The notes under the pieces: model-generated
What the model saw: the letters and a program-made list of their open reading frames with translations, nothing else
Told to the model about the DNA's origin: nothing
Databases searched by the model: none
Shown: positions 27,039-41,175 of the stretch, one piece after another
Position numbering within the stretch: the stretch's first letter is position 1
How the letters are laid out: the number at the start of each line of letters is the position of its first letter
Assembly: GCA_002245135.1 (NCBI GenBank)
Contig: NGBS01000886.1
Span: 62,001 to 126,000 of the forward strand
Length of the DNA stretch: 64,000 nt
Origin: Proteromonas lacertae
Lineage: Eukaryota
Direction of reading: 5' to 3'
Program-made: the position numbers and the translations under genes

Positions 27039-30000
27039 TTATTTTAATGTAGGTGTGATTGGTGGGTTTTGAAATACAGGATCAGGTCTGTGAATAATAT
27101 CATAACTTACAGTATTAGTAAATAATCTCGGTGTTCTTTCCGTTTTATGTTTATTACAACAAGTAGGAGGAGGACTTGTGTTATTTACTCTAGGAGAATT
27201 AGCTACTGAAGGTGTTTCTCTTAGATTGGAAGGAATACTCACAGCTGAACTATTATATCCATCAATTCTATGTGGTGAAGCATCCATTATATGACGCGAA
27301 GTGTGTTTATTGAATCTAACACATCTTGTGGGGAAAGGATCTTTTGGCATTCTCTATTAACAATAATAACTATAATTATATATATATATATACAGGAACA
27401 TAACTATGATTAGAAGGAACATCTAATTGTGGAAAATTGCCTCTTTCATTAATATCTTCATAATATGACTTATGAAATGAAGGAATTCTAATTTAAAATA
27501 ACATTAATTGAAATATATAATATTATACAATTCATTTAAATCATCGAAATTAGTATTACAATCATAATATGGATCTTTCTTCCTCTGTTTCTTTGCTTCA
27601 CTACTATTCATATCAACATTTGATTTATTACCATATCTAATTTGTTTAACTGGAGTTTTAAATCCTGTTGGATTACCTGGTGGTGCAATTGATCCACTGA
27701 AATTATTATAATAATCATCATCACTTTTGTCATTATCAATTTGCTTTCTTGTTCTGATTTTCTCTGTTTTTGGTGAACTTGATCTTGAATTAATTGAATC
27801 ATATCCAACTCCTCTTATAATTGCTTCACTAAATGGTCTTTCTTGTTGATACAACTCTGGGAATGGGAAAAACATTGAATCTTGAGGTAATAGTGAAGAA
27901 AATAATGCAGTTATATTGTGTGCTAATGATACAACGTGTTCAGTTTCATTCTTGAGAATTGCATCTAAATCATTCACTCTTTCACTTATCTTTAGATGTT
28001 TATTCAGTAGATGCTTTTGACGGAGTGATATTGCATTTTTACTATATTTAAATTATTTAATATGTTATATAACATACATTTTTTCATCTGTTTCATTTTC
28101 ATAGTCTTTTCCTTCTTTTAATAATATCAATCTAATACAAAAAGATTCCCATAATAATGTTTCTATAATAATAATAATAAATTAATAAAATATACGCAAT
28201 TCATTTCTATCATTCTGCCTTCTCTTCAACATTGTATTAAATGAATCAATCAAATTCATTTCATTCTTAACAACCTCTGGATCAGTAATCTTTGGTTGTT
28301 TCGGTTTCTTCATTGTAACTTTCTTTATTGAAATTGGACTAATATTCTCTTTTCCTCTTTCAACTATTGCTTCTTGTTCTTCTAAAACAGCTCTTTGTTC
28401 TTCTATTTTACTATTAGCAGTTATTGGTGTTAATTGACTCTTTCTCAACTTAGGATTTGTTAATGGAGTTGTTGCTTCACTATGATCTATTCTAATTGGC
28501 GTAGTAATATTGAAATATTGTCTATTTCTATTTCTACTTGAACTTTCTGATCTTGAAGTTGGTCTCCAATTATAAATATCACATTGAATTCCAATACTAA
28601 ACATTGGTGGTTTTACTGTATTAAATAACTCAGTAATCATATCTTGTTTTGTCATTTCACCTTTGTGTAATATCAGTGGTTGTCTTGGTTCATATTCTAA
28701 ATCACTATCACTGTCTTCATCCGTTTTCTTTGATATTATTTCTGATGATCTTATATTCTCTGGGACTAATGATACTCTACGATTCTTCGGACTTGTATTT
28801 GCTGAATTTAGTGAATTTCTATTTGGACTTTCTAATGATTGAACTTCTGAGTTTATTACATTTGTATCTATTTTCAGTGTGTCTCGTTCTTCATCATCAT
28901 TATCTTCATTATTATTATTAATAATGTTTTTATCACTCTTTGTTTCACTTAACTTCTCAATAGTTGATTCTGTGGAAGATACTTTATTCAATTCATTTTC
29001 TGATGTTTGTGGTTCTAATAATGTGGATGGAGATATTGAAGTAGTGGAAGTTGCTTTTGTCATACTTTCTTCAACAAGATTCTGTGTAGCTGATTTTGAC
29101 ATTCTATTCATTGTACTGTTACTGCTATGCGATGATAATGCTATTGATTTCTGACTATTTGAATGGACATTCATATTATTCTCTTTATTCTCTATATCAT
29201 CCTGTTGTTGTTCTTCTCCTTCTTCTTTTTCATCTTCTTCCTTCGTTTCTCCTTCATTCATTCACTTCTTCATTTTGATTTTGTGTATCATTTTGATTTT
29301 CATTATTTCTTTCCTCTAATTCATCATTATCATCAATTGGTGGTAAATCACTCGCTTTAATTGTATTATGTAATGGAGAAGAAGCATGTTTTGGTGAAGT
29401 AGATGATTTGTCATTCATATTCACAATCATCGGTTCTTGAACATCTTGAACTGGTTCATTTCCTTGAATTGGAGTAGTAAATATATTTGGTGTTGGTTGT
29501 TTGGGTGATAAAATCATTGCGATTTCTGAACTTCTTCTTGATGCTAACATTGATGTTCTTTTGGATGGATTATAATTAAATAAATGAATATAACACGCTG
29601 ATAAATGTTTTTCTATTTGTTGTGGCTGTTGTTGTTGTTGTTGTTGTTGAGCAAAATACTCTTCATCTCCTAATTCATTATTCTCTTCATCTTGTAAATA
29701 AAACTCATCATCATTATCACCTAAAGTTGATTTTCTATAATTTGATTTTGGACTATTACTACTAATATTACTATTAACTCTTCCTCTTCTACTGTTACTA
29801 CTGTTCTCTCTAAATGGAGATGATTTCCTAATTGGTGTATTGGATCTTGATGGATTATTTCTTTGACTTTGTATAGATGATCTTCTATTCTGTCCTTCTT
29901 GTTGTTGTAATGATGAAACAGCTGTATTTTGAATTCTAGAACCTCTGTTATTATTATTATTACCACTCATATTGGATGATTGGTTCTTTAATAACTGTTG

Positions 30001-31404
30001 TTGATAATTTTCTAATTCACTAAACATTTTGGTAGTAACACCAACATCAATCATTGGAACAGGAGTTGCCCATTTCTTTCCTAAATATCCAATTAATTTC
30101 ACATCTTCAGGATTTTCATCATCTGAATTTGGATCTGATGATTGAGGTGCTTTACTTGAATCTAAGACTTTATCTCCTTTTTTACTCTTTTTATTCTTCT
30201 TTGCATTCTTTTGTACATCATTCTTCTGTTTTTTCTTTATTTCATTATCTGAATTGTTATTTACCCATCGATATGGATCAGCATCTAAATCTTTTTGATT
30301 TGTACCATTATTTCCTTCCACAAATTTCTTAAAGTAATTCTTTGCATCTTTTACTGGTTTTTCTGGATATTCAAAAGTGGATAAATTCAATTCTCTTACT
30401 ATATCTTTATCTTTAAATATCATTGTTAATAGCATTACTAAATTATCAATTCTAGTTGGATATTGCTTTATTTCTTCTTTCATATTATCTAATAGTTGTT
30501 GGATATTACTTTCTTTTATAAATGATGATTCATTTAATGGTTCAGTTTGTTCATATAAATTCAATTGCTGTACTTGTTGTGCTTCAGATGAATTATTATT
30601 ATTATTATTTGAATCAGATTGTATTTTATTTAATTGATCTAATGCAGTTTTTAATTTCTTCTTCAAATCTTCATTCTCTTCTTTTAATGTATTTGCATCT
30701 GATGATAATTGAGCATTCTGAGATTCTAAATTCTTCATATCCAATTGAACTTGTTTCAATGATCCTTCAAGAGAGTTTATTTTTAGTTCATATTGCATTT
30801 GTTTTGTTGTAAAATCAACATCTATTTAGAATAATAATAGAAATATAAGAATACTTGATTGTTTTCCTGGAACTCTAGAAACTCTTCTACTGATTGATAC
30901 ATCTGGCACACTTTCTACACTACCTATTACAGACACTCTTTCATTCTTTATTAGAGAAGCTATATCGTCCAATTCACCAGAAAATAGATTTAAATCATCT
31001 TGTAATCCAGCTCTATTCATTGCTTGACGTAATCCAATTATTAAAAGTATTAATCTCTTTCGTTCCTTTTCAAAATCGTCTCTTTGACGTTCGATTTGAG
31101 CTCTAAGCAGATCTACTAATTGTTCTTTGTCCTTATAATTGGCAGTGACTTCTTTTAGTCGAACTTCAGCAGCTTCAACTTGTCTTCGCAATTCACCTCG
31201 AAATGCTTGAACCATTGAGTCATAATACTTTCTTTCCTTTATTCGCATTAAAGGGTATATTGATGAATCGAAATAAGAAGAAATATTAGCTCTTTCATGA
31301 GGTAGACCTAGTTTATCAGCTAAACCACTGATTGCTTTATCAAAATCTAATTCTGTACCTTGTTCATTTATTTGAGTGACAAAAAAATGTCTTCCTTCAG
31401 ACAT
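27039..31404 (-). CDS. Large multi-exon coiled-coil / low-complexity protein of unknown function
   Basis: ORFs 31404, 30798, 29261, 27977 and 27350 join through GTAT..AG micro-introns and one +1 indel near 29256. N-terminal heptads; S/N/Q/E-rich middle. Confidence 0.65.
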
Positions 31405-31708
31405 ATACCTGTTTGGGCTTTATTGGAGTAATAAAAAAAGAAAAACAGTTAAATTTTGTCAAATTTGGCTTGATTTTAAATACAAATAATACAACTGTAT
31501 TTATTGTATAAAAATATTTTCGAAAGTTGATATTTTTTAAAAGAAATTTATATATCTTGTAATAACATAAATGAAAAAGAATCGATTGAAATTATAGAAA
31601 TTATAAAACATTATGTGAATGAGAAGAATTATTTATTTTATTAAAAAAGTTATAGATAAGTCACAAAAGTTGAAAATAATTAAAAATACTTTATAAATTA
31701 CAAAAGTT

Positions 31709-32887
31709 CTATTTATAATTATTTAATGAATCATTATTACTCATTTCATCCATTGAATATAAAGCTTCATTAAACAAATCTTCAACAAATGGAGTTAGAA
31801 TATTTTCATTTTTACTAAATAAAATAAAATGAAAATAAAGTATACTTTATAAATGTCATTGGACTATCTTTCTCTTTCTCTTTCTCTTTACTTTTATTTA
31901 TGTTAATACTTGAAGTTGATAAGTCGCTTATATTATTATATTTCTTCATTCTTGTATTATAGTCAATTTCAAAATCATTAAATATTGGTAATAAACTATC
32001 AATTAAATAATTTTCATTTTCATTTACTTTCATTGATATTACATTACTTTCACTGATTGAATAGTTATTATAATTATTATCATTATATGATATATTGTTT
32101 ATAGTTTCTTTTATTAATCTTTTTTCTTTTTCTGATTGTTGTATTTCATAATTCTTTTGTTTATTTTCTTCAAAAAATAATTTTACTGGTGAAGTAGCTG
32201 TATTTGAATACTTTTTGGGAATTATTTGTGGTTTATTTATTGTTATATTTCTATCAAAAACTGTTTCTTTTCTGTTTGTAAATGTTATTGGTTTTGGATT
32301 TTCATAATCATAATCAATATTATTATTATTATTATTATTTTGATATGTTAATGGTTCTTCATTTATATCAATCACTTGATATTGTGGTTTGAGTGGAGAT
32401 TGATATGGTTTTGAAATATTTATATTTGATTCATTACTATTTTCTAATGGAGGTGGTTCTGAAAATGATATTCCATTTGATTCGTCAAATTGATTAAGAC
32501 TTTCTTCATCTTCTGATTCTATTAGAAACCTTCCAAGTGGCTGGAATTCAGGATGACAAGCTGAGATATATGAAGATGAACCACAATATTTCACAGATGA
32601 TGAAACATGGAATGGACGATCCTGTAGAAAAGGACGATGTTGTGCATGTACAGAAACAAGAAAATCTATTGGTTGACTATCAATTTACAGTAATATTTAT
32701 TATTATACTTTGAAAATGTTGATGGTATTGTAGCAGTATTAATAAATTTTGGCTCTATTCTCGGTATAGGTTGAAATTTCTGTAGTTGTTGAGGAGGCGA
32801 TGATGCTGTCCTTTTAATAGCACCTTTTCTCGTTTTAGATGATTTACTAATAGTGTGTTTCCTCTTTCCCTCTCTTGCTGGCTTCAT
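31709..32887 (-). CDS. Hypothetical low-complexity protein (3 exons)
   Basis: ATG 32887 (MKPAREGKRK); introns near 32670-32695 and 31815-31845; stop at 31709. Confidence 0.55.
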
Positions 32888-33029
32888 TGAAAATTCAAAT
32901 TTCAAAAATATAAAATACAAATACAGTGTATTATGGTATTATTTAAAAACAATCAAAAACAATTAATATAGATATATTTCTTAAAATGGTATATAAAAAG
33001 TTTCTTAAATCATCATATTTTTTTACAAT

Positions 33030-35863
33030 TTAGACTACGGTTTTGAATGGAATGTAAGGAGTGTTACATTTAGGACATCTTTGTTCTGGCTTTCCAACTA
33101 AACCGTATTGGTCGCATACTTGGCATTGTAAACGGTATACAATAGATAATTTATCAGGAATAGTATTACATGAAGGACATTTCAAAGAAATAAATCCACC
33201 ACATTTAGCACAACGTAAACATTTTTGAGAAGCATTATTGATTGGTACATTACTACAATCATTATGACAGTAATTACATTTAGTCATAATCTTATCACCA
33301 TGTATTAATTTCATAATATTAGTGATCTTATTACAACTACTACATGTAACAGGGTAAGCTTCATAAGTTGTAAGATTATTACATGGTTTTTGACAGGTAA
33401 CACAATGTAATTGTAATATCTTACCACATTTACATTTATGATACATTTCAGGCATATAAGCATTACTAGCAGATAATGATGATGTAGATGAGTTATTATT
33501 AACAGGTGAGAAACTAGCATTCACTAATTTCTTGGTTTCTTCATCTGAAGCTGGTGCTGTTGGTATAGAAGCTACATAATCTTGATGTTTCTTATAATAT
33601 AATACCAAATGTTGGATTTGTTGAAATAAGTCGAATGCATCATTTGTCAAGATTGTCATATTTCCTTGATTACTCATTATCTCTAATACCAAATCACTAT
33701 ATTCAACATGTAATAAAGCACAATCAAACTCAGTGATCAATTCATTATTGCTCTTATATACTTGGACTGTTTTGTTAGTAACAATGATATTACAGTGAGA
33801 ATCACATCTTATTGATGATGATAATACTTGACCACTACTTTCTTTACGATAAGCAGTAAGTGGTTCATTATTATCGACATTATTAGATTCATTAATTTCC
33901 TCCTTTTGATGTGGATTATATTCACATATCTTTCGATGATAAGCATGTTGTCTATATTCTGATACATTAGTTGCAGATGTTTTATTAGCTTCTTTACTAT
34001 GTATTTCATTATTAATCCATTGATCTTTATCAGATTGAATATAATCATGATATAAACCATTATGGTCGATATTCGAATAGGCAACTACAGTGAAACTCAT
34101 ATTAATTGGTTTACTAGCATCACTTCCTTTACCATCTAACTTCATAGTGAAATCTCTACTATGTTTAAGTGGTAAGAATTTATCACTTCCAATTTTACCT
34201 TTTGCTAACACATTCTTCATACATCCACCTACATCAGATACTGCTATTTCAATATCTTTCTTATCCACTATTTGATCATTTACTACTTCAATTACTAATC
34301 CATCAAGTTCACTACAACTATAAGCTATTTTACCACCCTTTTCACATTTCTCACATTGAGCAGTTGTTGTTGAACTTCCTAATCTTGCACCAATCAAAGC
34401 AGCACCTTTTTGAGCATTCAAATTCTCAATAATAATCTCTTTAAACATTAAATAATACTTTCTACTGCAACTTACTTCCATATTGAAATTAACAGTGATT
34501 GATGGATGAATAGTTCCATTCTCTAACTTCACATCAACGTACTTTTTCGGTCCACAGAATAAATTATGTAAAGAAACATAGAAATCACCATAATAAACAC
34601 TTTGATCTTCATTCCAAGCTTCACAAATCATATATTTATGATGTAATTCATAGATTTGTTTTGTTTTATATTGTAATGGTAATGTAGCAACTGGAGCAAC
34701 AAACTTATTACCAGGTAATTTGGACATTGTTATTAATTTTGTATTGAATCCATTGATTGCATACATAATAAGCTTCAAATTAGGAATATCTTCAGAAGAT
34801 TGACAGGTGATTGTGTTTAATTTCAAGTTGAATATTACATCGTCCACTGTCTGTGTATCACTGTTTGGAGGGAAGCATGCTGGTTCACTTCCATTGAAAG
34901 AAGTCATTGGTTTCTCAGCTCCTAAGATGGCATGAGGAATAGTTGTAATGTTGATGTAAGAATGACAATTACCGTTGTAAATATGTTGTCCATTCACTGA
35001 TTGTACGAAATTAGGGAATGGTGAGACTTCTAAGCTGCATGTGAGCAAATCAGTCAATTTACTGGTTGAATCGAAACTTGCTTCTACTTTAGCTAATGGT
35101 TGTTCTGCTTCAAATAATGATTTCAAGTCTAATTGATGTGTACCTATTTTTTGAGGTTGTAATTCACCTTTATCACCTTGAACTTGAGTGTAATAGTTAA
35201 AATCGATTTTTGCATTTCCTGAAGCTACTTGTTCATATGTAATTGGTAATGTAAAGCTGTATTTCTCTTTACTGGTATCTAACTTCCAATCAGGAGCATT
35301 TTGTAATTTGTGGAAAGTTGGAAGGACTAATTTGTAGGGAGTATCTGCTACTTTCATTTCTAATGCGATTGTAACGAATTCCTTTTGTACTTTGGCTACT
35401 GTTAACTCTTTAATGGTAATTACAGTATTGGTGGTTTCTTTGCTGTAACATTCGAATTCTAATTCACTGTCGTACTTTTCATGGGATAACTTAACTCGAT
35501 GTTTGGATGGTCCAGATGCAATTGAGTATAAATCAAGAGATACACTTCCTAATAAAGTAGCGCCTGTCACCTTTGGTCCTGCTTTATTTGAATAGACGTA
35601 TATGGTTAAATACTCTTGATGGAGGTGAACGAGCGAGGGAATAGTTCTTGGCAACATACATTTGTCGTCCCAGGTATAAGTGTCAGTACCGTGCTTAACA
35701 GCAAGTGTAGATTTAAACTGATCTGTCCATGGGAAGTTTATAGCAATAAAAGGGTGGATTTCTTCAGTGTGGTCTGAGAGCCTTACATATTTCAGATGTT
35801 GAACTATATAAACATAAAAATGCAGACGATACCCAAAAAGTCGAAGTGGTAAGGGAAATTCAT
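33030..35863 (-). CDS. Tandem C2-like domain protein with C-terminal multi-CxxC zinc-ribbon region, paralogue A
   Basis: Probable start MNFPYHFDFL with a 29-nt intron 35804-35832. Repeated motif 'DLYSIASGPSKH' / 'SLHNLFCGPKKY'; multiple CxxC pairs at the C-terminus. Confidence 0.7.
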
Positions 35864-36065
35864 CTAAATCTGTAAGATGAAAAATTTCAAAATTTTTAAA
35901 AAAAATTAGGAATATTACCGTTATATTCAATTTAGATTTTAAGTCATTTCCATTTTTTCTAACTGCCATTATATTGTCAAATATGCTACATGCCCTATGC
36001 TCATAGAACTTTTCTTATAAAAACATTTTTATATCAGACTAATACAGTTAAATTATATAATTACA

Positions 36066-37385
36066 TTATGAGGGAGTTAAAAAGTTGTTTACTTGAATCC
36101 ACCATTCCTTTTCAGCTTCAAATAGTTTAATCATATCATACGCACTTAAATCATCATCAGGTGTTCTTGTTCTAATACAAAAAAAATAGATTATAAAAAA
36201 TACGTTTCTACTGTAAAGGCATCAATAGCTAAAACAGTAAAGTTATTAGGATCATGAACATCCTCTGGCACAGGTGGTGGTAAGGTAGAAGCAGAAGTAA
36301 TTGGTTCTAATTGCACATTATTCTGCGAATTACTATCTTCCAAGTCATGTTCTTTACCATAAACCCATTCTATAGCCATCACTTGTGATCCTTTTCGTTT
36401 TCTATCAGTGCTAATGATTGTAGTGGTTGTTGGACTCTTTAAAGAATAAGGTGAAACTTCTCTTCTTTTATAAGTCACTACATTTTTACTGTCAAATGGT
36501 TTCATTCGAATAGAAGCAGGGGTACCAACTTTCTCATGGATTGGCATTCCTTTACATATTGGAAATGAAGTGAATGGACTAATTTTCACTATCTCTTCAT
36601 CAAATTCATCATGTGGAGGATATTCCATAAATGATGAATCTATAAGTGGATTAGGAGCTGTATAAGGTCTTGAACTGTTAGTACTAGCAAATGTCGTTGA
36701 TAATGGAGATGCGGAGGTAAACGACAAGTAACGCACTTGATCTGGAGTTAAATTATAATTATTATTACTATAACATGTTTGTAAGGTAGAGTTACTTTTA
36801 GAATGTCGTTTTGACTTTGGACTTCCATGTCTGCTTCTATTAGGTGATTTATTTAATGATTGGCACTTTGCACAATTACACATACTACTAAGATACTTAT
36901 ACCTAACATCAGTTTTGTTAATTCCTTTACATTTACAAGGTATTGTGTATGGATCAATATATCCTAATTTTACTTGAGAATTATCTTCTGCTAATAATGC
37001 TAAACCATCAGGTTCTCTCATTGTTTTTACTTTTACTAGATCTGTATAAGAATCTTTCCAGTAAGAGGGTTTGAGAGAGGATGTTGAAGATTGAGTAGAT
37101 ACTGAACCCTTCATCTGAATTACTGGTAATAGTGGAACTGGTGAATTTACCTTCATCTATTTAGTAAAAATGGAAAAATACTGGTGAACGTGCTAAATCA
37201 GATTTTTTATTATTTCTATTATTCTATTTTGAACTATTATCATAAAATGAATACCGTTTCAGCACGATCATATCTTCTTCTACCATTTGGAGTAGAATAA
37301 GTGAATTTTTTCTATTTGTATATATTACTAATGGTCTATATACAGGCATATCATCAGCACTAGTTACAACCTTCAACTGTTGCAT
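36066..37385 (-). CDS. Hypothetical Ser/Pro-rich protein (5 exons)
   Basis: ATG 37385 (MQQLKVV). Three GTAT..AG introns lead in frame into ORF 36191-37156; last exon ends 'EWWIQVNNFLTPS*'. Confidence 0.65.
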
Positions 37386-37473
37386 CTAAAATCGTCTTTT
37401 TAAAAGTGAAACGAACTTAAAGGCTTGAGTTAAGACAAGCCTAATATGATTTAAAAATAGGATTTTCAAGGAA

Positions 37474-40400
37474 ATGTCGAAGTTTAAATTAAAATGTAAG
37501 TCTTATTTTTATTTTATATTTTGTAATAGTTAATAATTTTCAATTAGAGATCAAAAAACAGATTAATGATTGGAGCCCTTATATCCAGATTTCAATTTCA
37601 GGTGATTTATTACAGAAGACAAAAACTAAAAGTTATAAAAGACTGCAAAATAATATCATATCGTGGGATGATCAGGTTATTTTTACTTATAACTGTAATG
37701 ATCTAAATAGATTGCATCAGCTATACTGTGTGATTGAAGTATATTCAGAAAAGAATAGCAAATCAGCAGAAACACCTTTTTTGGGTGATTGTGAAATTGA
37801 CCTCTACTCTTTATTTATAGGTCCTTCTGCTCACAGAATCGCTTTATCACACACAGTAATTGAAGCTGAATTAAAATTTGACTTGATTTGTATTCAACAT
37901 TCACTTTGTACAATCACAATTGACACATTATGTATAACTAATATACCAGAAGAAGAGAAGAAAATAATAATTAGTTGTGAGATCCCCAGTTCCAAGAAGA
38001 AGATATCCAAACAATTCATTAATACCAATGGTACAAAGTCACCTTGGTCAGTATTAAATGAAAGTTTACCTCCACTCACAGATTACTTCAGTTATTCAGA
38101 TTTATTCAATTATGATACAGGTTTAACCATCACAATTAAAGAACCTTCTACTCTTTTTACACAAAAGACTATTGGAGAGTGTAATATTCATTTTGATCCA
38201 CCAGCTATTAAATGTAAATCATCAGAAGCATCAGTTACCGATATTCCAATTCCAGGTTCAAATTTAAAATTAAGTGCATCTATCTCCATTTCAGATTTTC
38301 CAACTTATTTACAATGTAAACGTGGAGAACATATATTTACACGATTTGAAAATCATTATAATGATATTGAATACTATCCCTGTGGTAAAACACTTGATGA
38401 AAAACCATTACTTCAATTCAGTGAAAAAGTTCCGTTCTGTATTCCTTCCTTCAGTCCAACAATGTCAAAATATCCACTAACATTTGTATTAACCATTTCA
38501 GACGTTAAAGTAATATTGTCAAGACAAATTCCACAAAATGACTTGGAGCTAACCGCAAAAATTACCAAATATCCAACCGTTACTACGACATTCCAACACT
38601 CTAATTATACAGCTACCAATAATGCACAAACGATGACGTCATTGTTGAAAACTTCAAAATCATTACCAATTAATCCTCCTCCACAACCATTACCATCTCA
38701 ATCTCAGCCTATTCCAATATCAATACCTCAACCACAGCCACCAGTGTCAGTATCAGTTCAATCACCTATGAATAATACCAATTCAATAGAAAAATCAAAT
38801 GTAAACAATAAAAGATATTCTCCAAATAGACATTCAGTCAATGATATTTCTACTATAAACACTTCAAATATTTCATTGGAAAATTCATTAAATAATATAA
38901 GCAATACATCCATAATAGGAGATAATGAACAAAATAATACAACAGCTTGTACTACAACAACAACAACTACTACTACAGTTGATAAAAGTCATATATATTC
39001 ATTCAATGATGTAAAACTCCAAGATATCAATACACAATCCGTTTACTATTTAAACCATCGATATTTAATATTCTCCATCTCCAATAAGAATCAAAAAGGT
39101 GATTTATATTGTGAAGAATATATCTCATTACATAATATATTCAGTGGAGCTACTAAATATCATTTAATATTATATAATAGATACAATCTAACTGAGAAGA
39201 TTATTGTGGAGTTACAGATACATAGTGATACTAGTAGAACCGTATGTTTGTTTTTCAATAATATTGAATTGAGTAATTTACCAGAAGTAGATGATTTATT
39301 TTTAGAGTATTTTTTTTACTATTTATTTATATATTTAAAATAGAATACAATATGAAGATCAAAATATAGAATCAAAACGGCTAGAAGATCAAACTTTCTT
39401 TTTCCCACAACCCATCAATATATTTTATGATTTAAATTCAACAGCTTATCATTCGAAGGAATTACATATTCGATTAAAACAAGAATCACAAAAGAATAAA
39501 ATAATTGCTGAAAATAAAGTGTTATTTTTAAGTTTAGTTCCTTATAAGAATATGCAGCCATTATCACTAAATTTATTCCATGAAAGTAGTACATCAACAA
39601 ATACACCAATACAACTGTCTTGTACTGTATTAATAACGACTAATTTAGATAATACAAGTTTATTTGCTGAATATATTCAATTATCCAATGCAATATATGT
39701 AAATACAGATGGAATTCATATTCCTAAAGATTATAAATTATTAAAAGGATTATGTTATTATTTACAACCCTATTATTATAATAAAATAGAAGATGAACCA
39801 TCAGTATCAAAAGATAAATCAAATTCCAATGAATTATCACACAAACGAACAAAGTCTTTAAATGTGTTAGTAGGTGAGGTGGCATTATTAAAAAGTAATA
39901 TTGATTTACCATCACAATTATTACTAAAGATTGGATTAGATTATTTAATATTAGCTGATTTATATGATGCTGTATTAAGAGAAATTGGTTATGATATATT
40001 GAAAGTTAATGCTGTAGGTAATTCACTAGAAATCACATCTCCATCAATACAAATACAATGTAAATCATTCAAAGCCTCAGAATTATCTAAACAGATTGAT
40101 AAACAGATTGATTTACATCATGGTACAAGGGAAGTGGAAGTGTTTGCTGAGAATTCAAATGCTGTGGAAATTAATTTTGATAAAGTAATTCCTTCTGTAG
40201 ATAGAGGACATAAATCTGTTAATATTACATCACCACGTCAAATACAGAATGAATTGAATAAAGATATCAATACTAATACACCTCATTTACCACCATTGGC
40301 TTTTCATGTGCAACAGCCATTATCTGAACCATTAAGTCCAGCTTCTGATCATGAGACAAAATTTGATGTATTTTTTATATTATATTATATTATATATATA

Positions 40401-40941
40401 GAAATCAATAACACCATTTTTACCAGACAATTTCATGTATTATTCAATGATAGATCCAATTAATTTCATAATTCCGCCATTTCCAACTTATAGCCCATTA
40501 GAACAACTGTCTGAAGAAGCCTCTGAGTGTTATGATATATATTTACAATGTATGTGCCATCATTTTGTGAGAATTACTTGTCCAATTTGTGGATCTCAAC
40601 CATCCACTAATATTCGATATGAAATCATCCAATCAGAATGTCCCATTTGCCATGTAACGACTATGATTTCAAGAGTTAATAATAGTGAATCGTTACATAA
40701 GTGTAAGACATGTAATGTTGATACAATTCTTCATTCTGAAAATAAAACTGTTTGCTTGAGATGTAAATGTAATAAGTATATTTCAATACATTGCAGCTCC
40801 TGTAAACAGATTCCACAAGATGAGAAGAGATGGTACAGAATTGTATGTAAAAATTGTAAGAAAATCAATTTGGTAACTAGATCTGGTAAAAAGTGTGGTA
40901 ATTGTAAGACTTTATTACCTGATTTGAAAATATCAAAGTAA
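37474..40941 (+). CDS. Tandem C2-like domain protein with C-terminal multi-CxxC zinc-ribbon region, paralogue B
   Basis: ATG 37474 and a GTAAGT intron 37496-37529. 'DLYSLFIGPSAH' / 'SLHNIFSGATKY' and the same CxxC pattern as paralogue A. Confidence 0.7.
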
Positions 40942-41175
40942 AAGAAACAAATATTAATCATTATAATAAACTCTTTATAAATAATATATCTTAATTGTTG
41001 GTTTTAAAAGACATATTCATATTTCAATGATTATTAGGAAATATGTCAGAGATTAATATATTCTTTTGATGACTTTCTCAAAAACAATAGAAAAAATGTA
41101 TTCTTATCTTCCCATATACTTTTCTTCACGAAATGATCTTTGATATGGTGAGACACAATTATTAAAAAAATCAAA

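Noticed and set aside
35864..35969. ORF-track N-terminus of the 979-aa protein
   Set aside because: It looks like read-through of UTR and intron sequence. A start at 35863 with intron 35804-35832 matches the paralogue's structure better.
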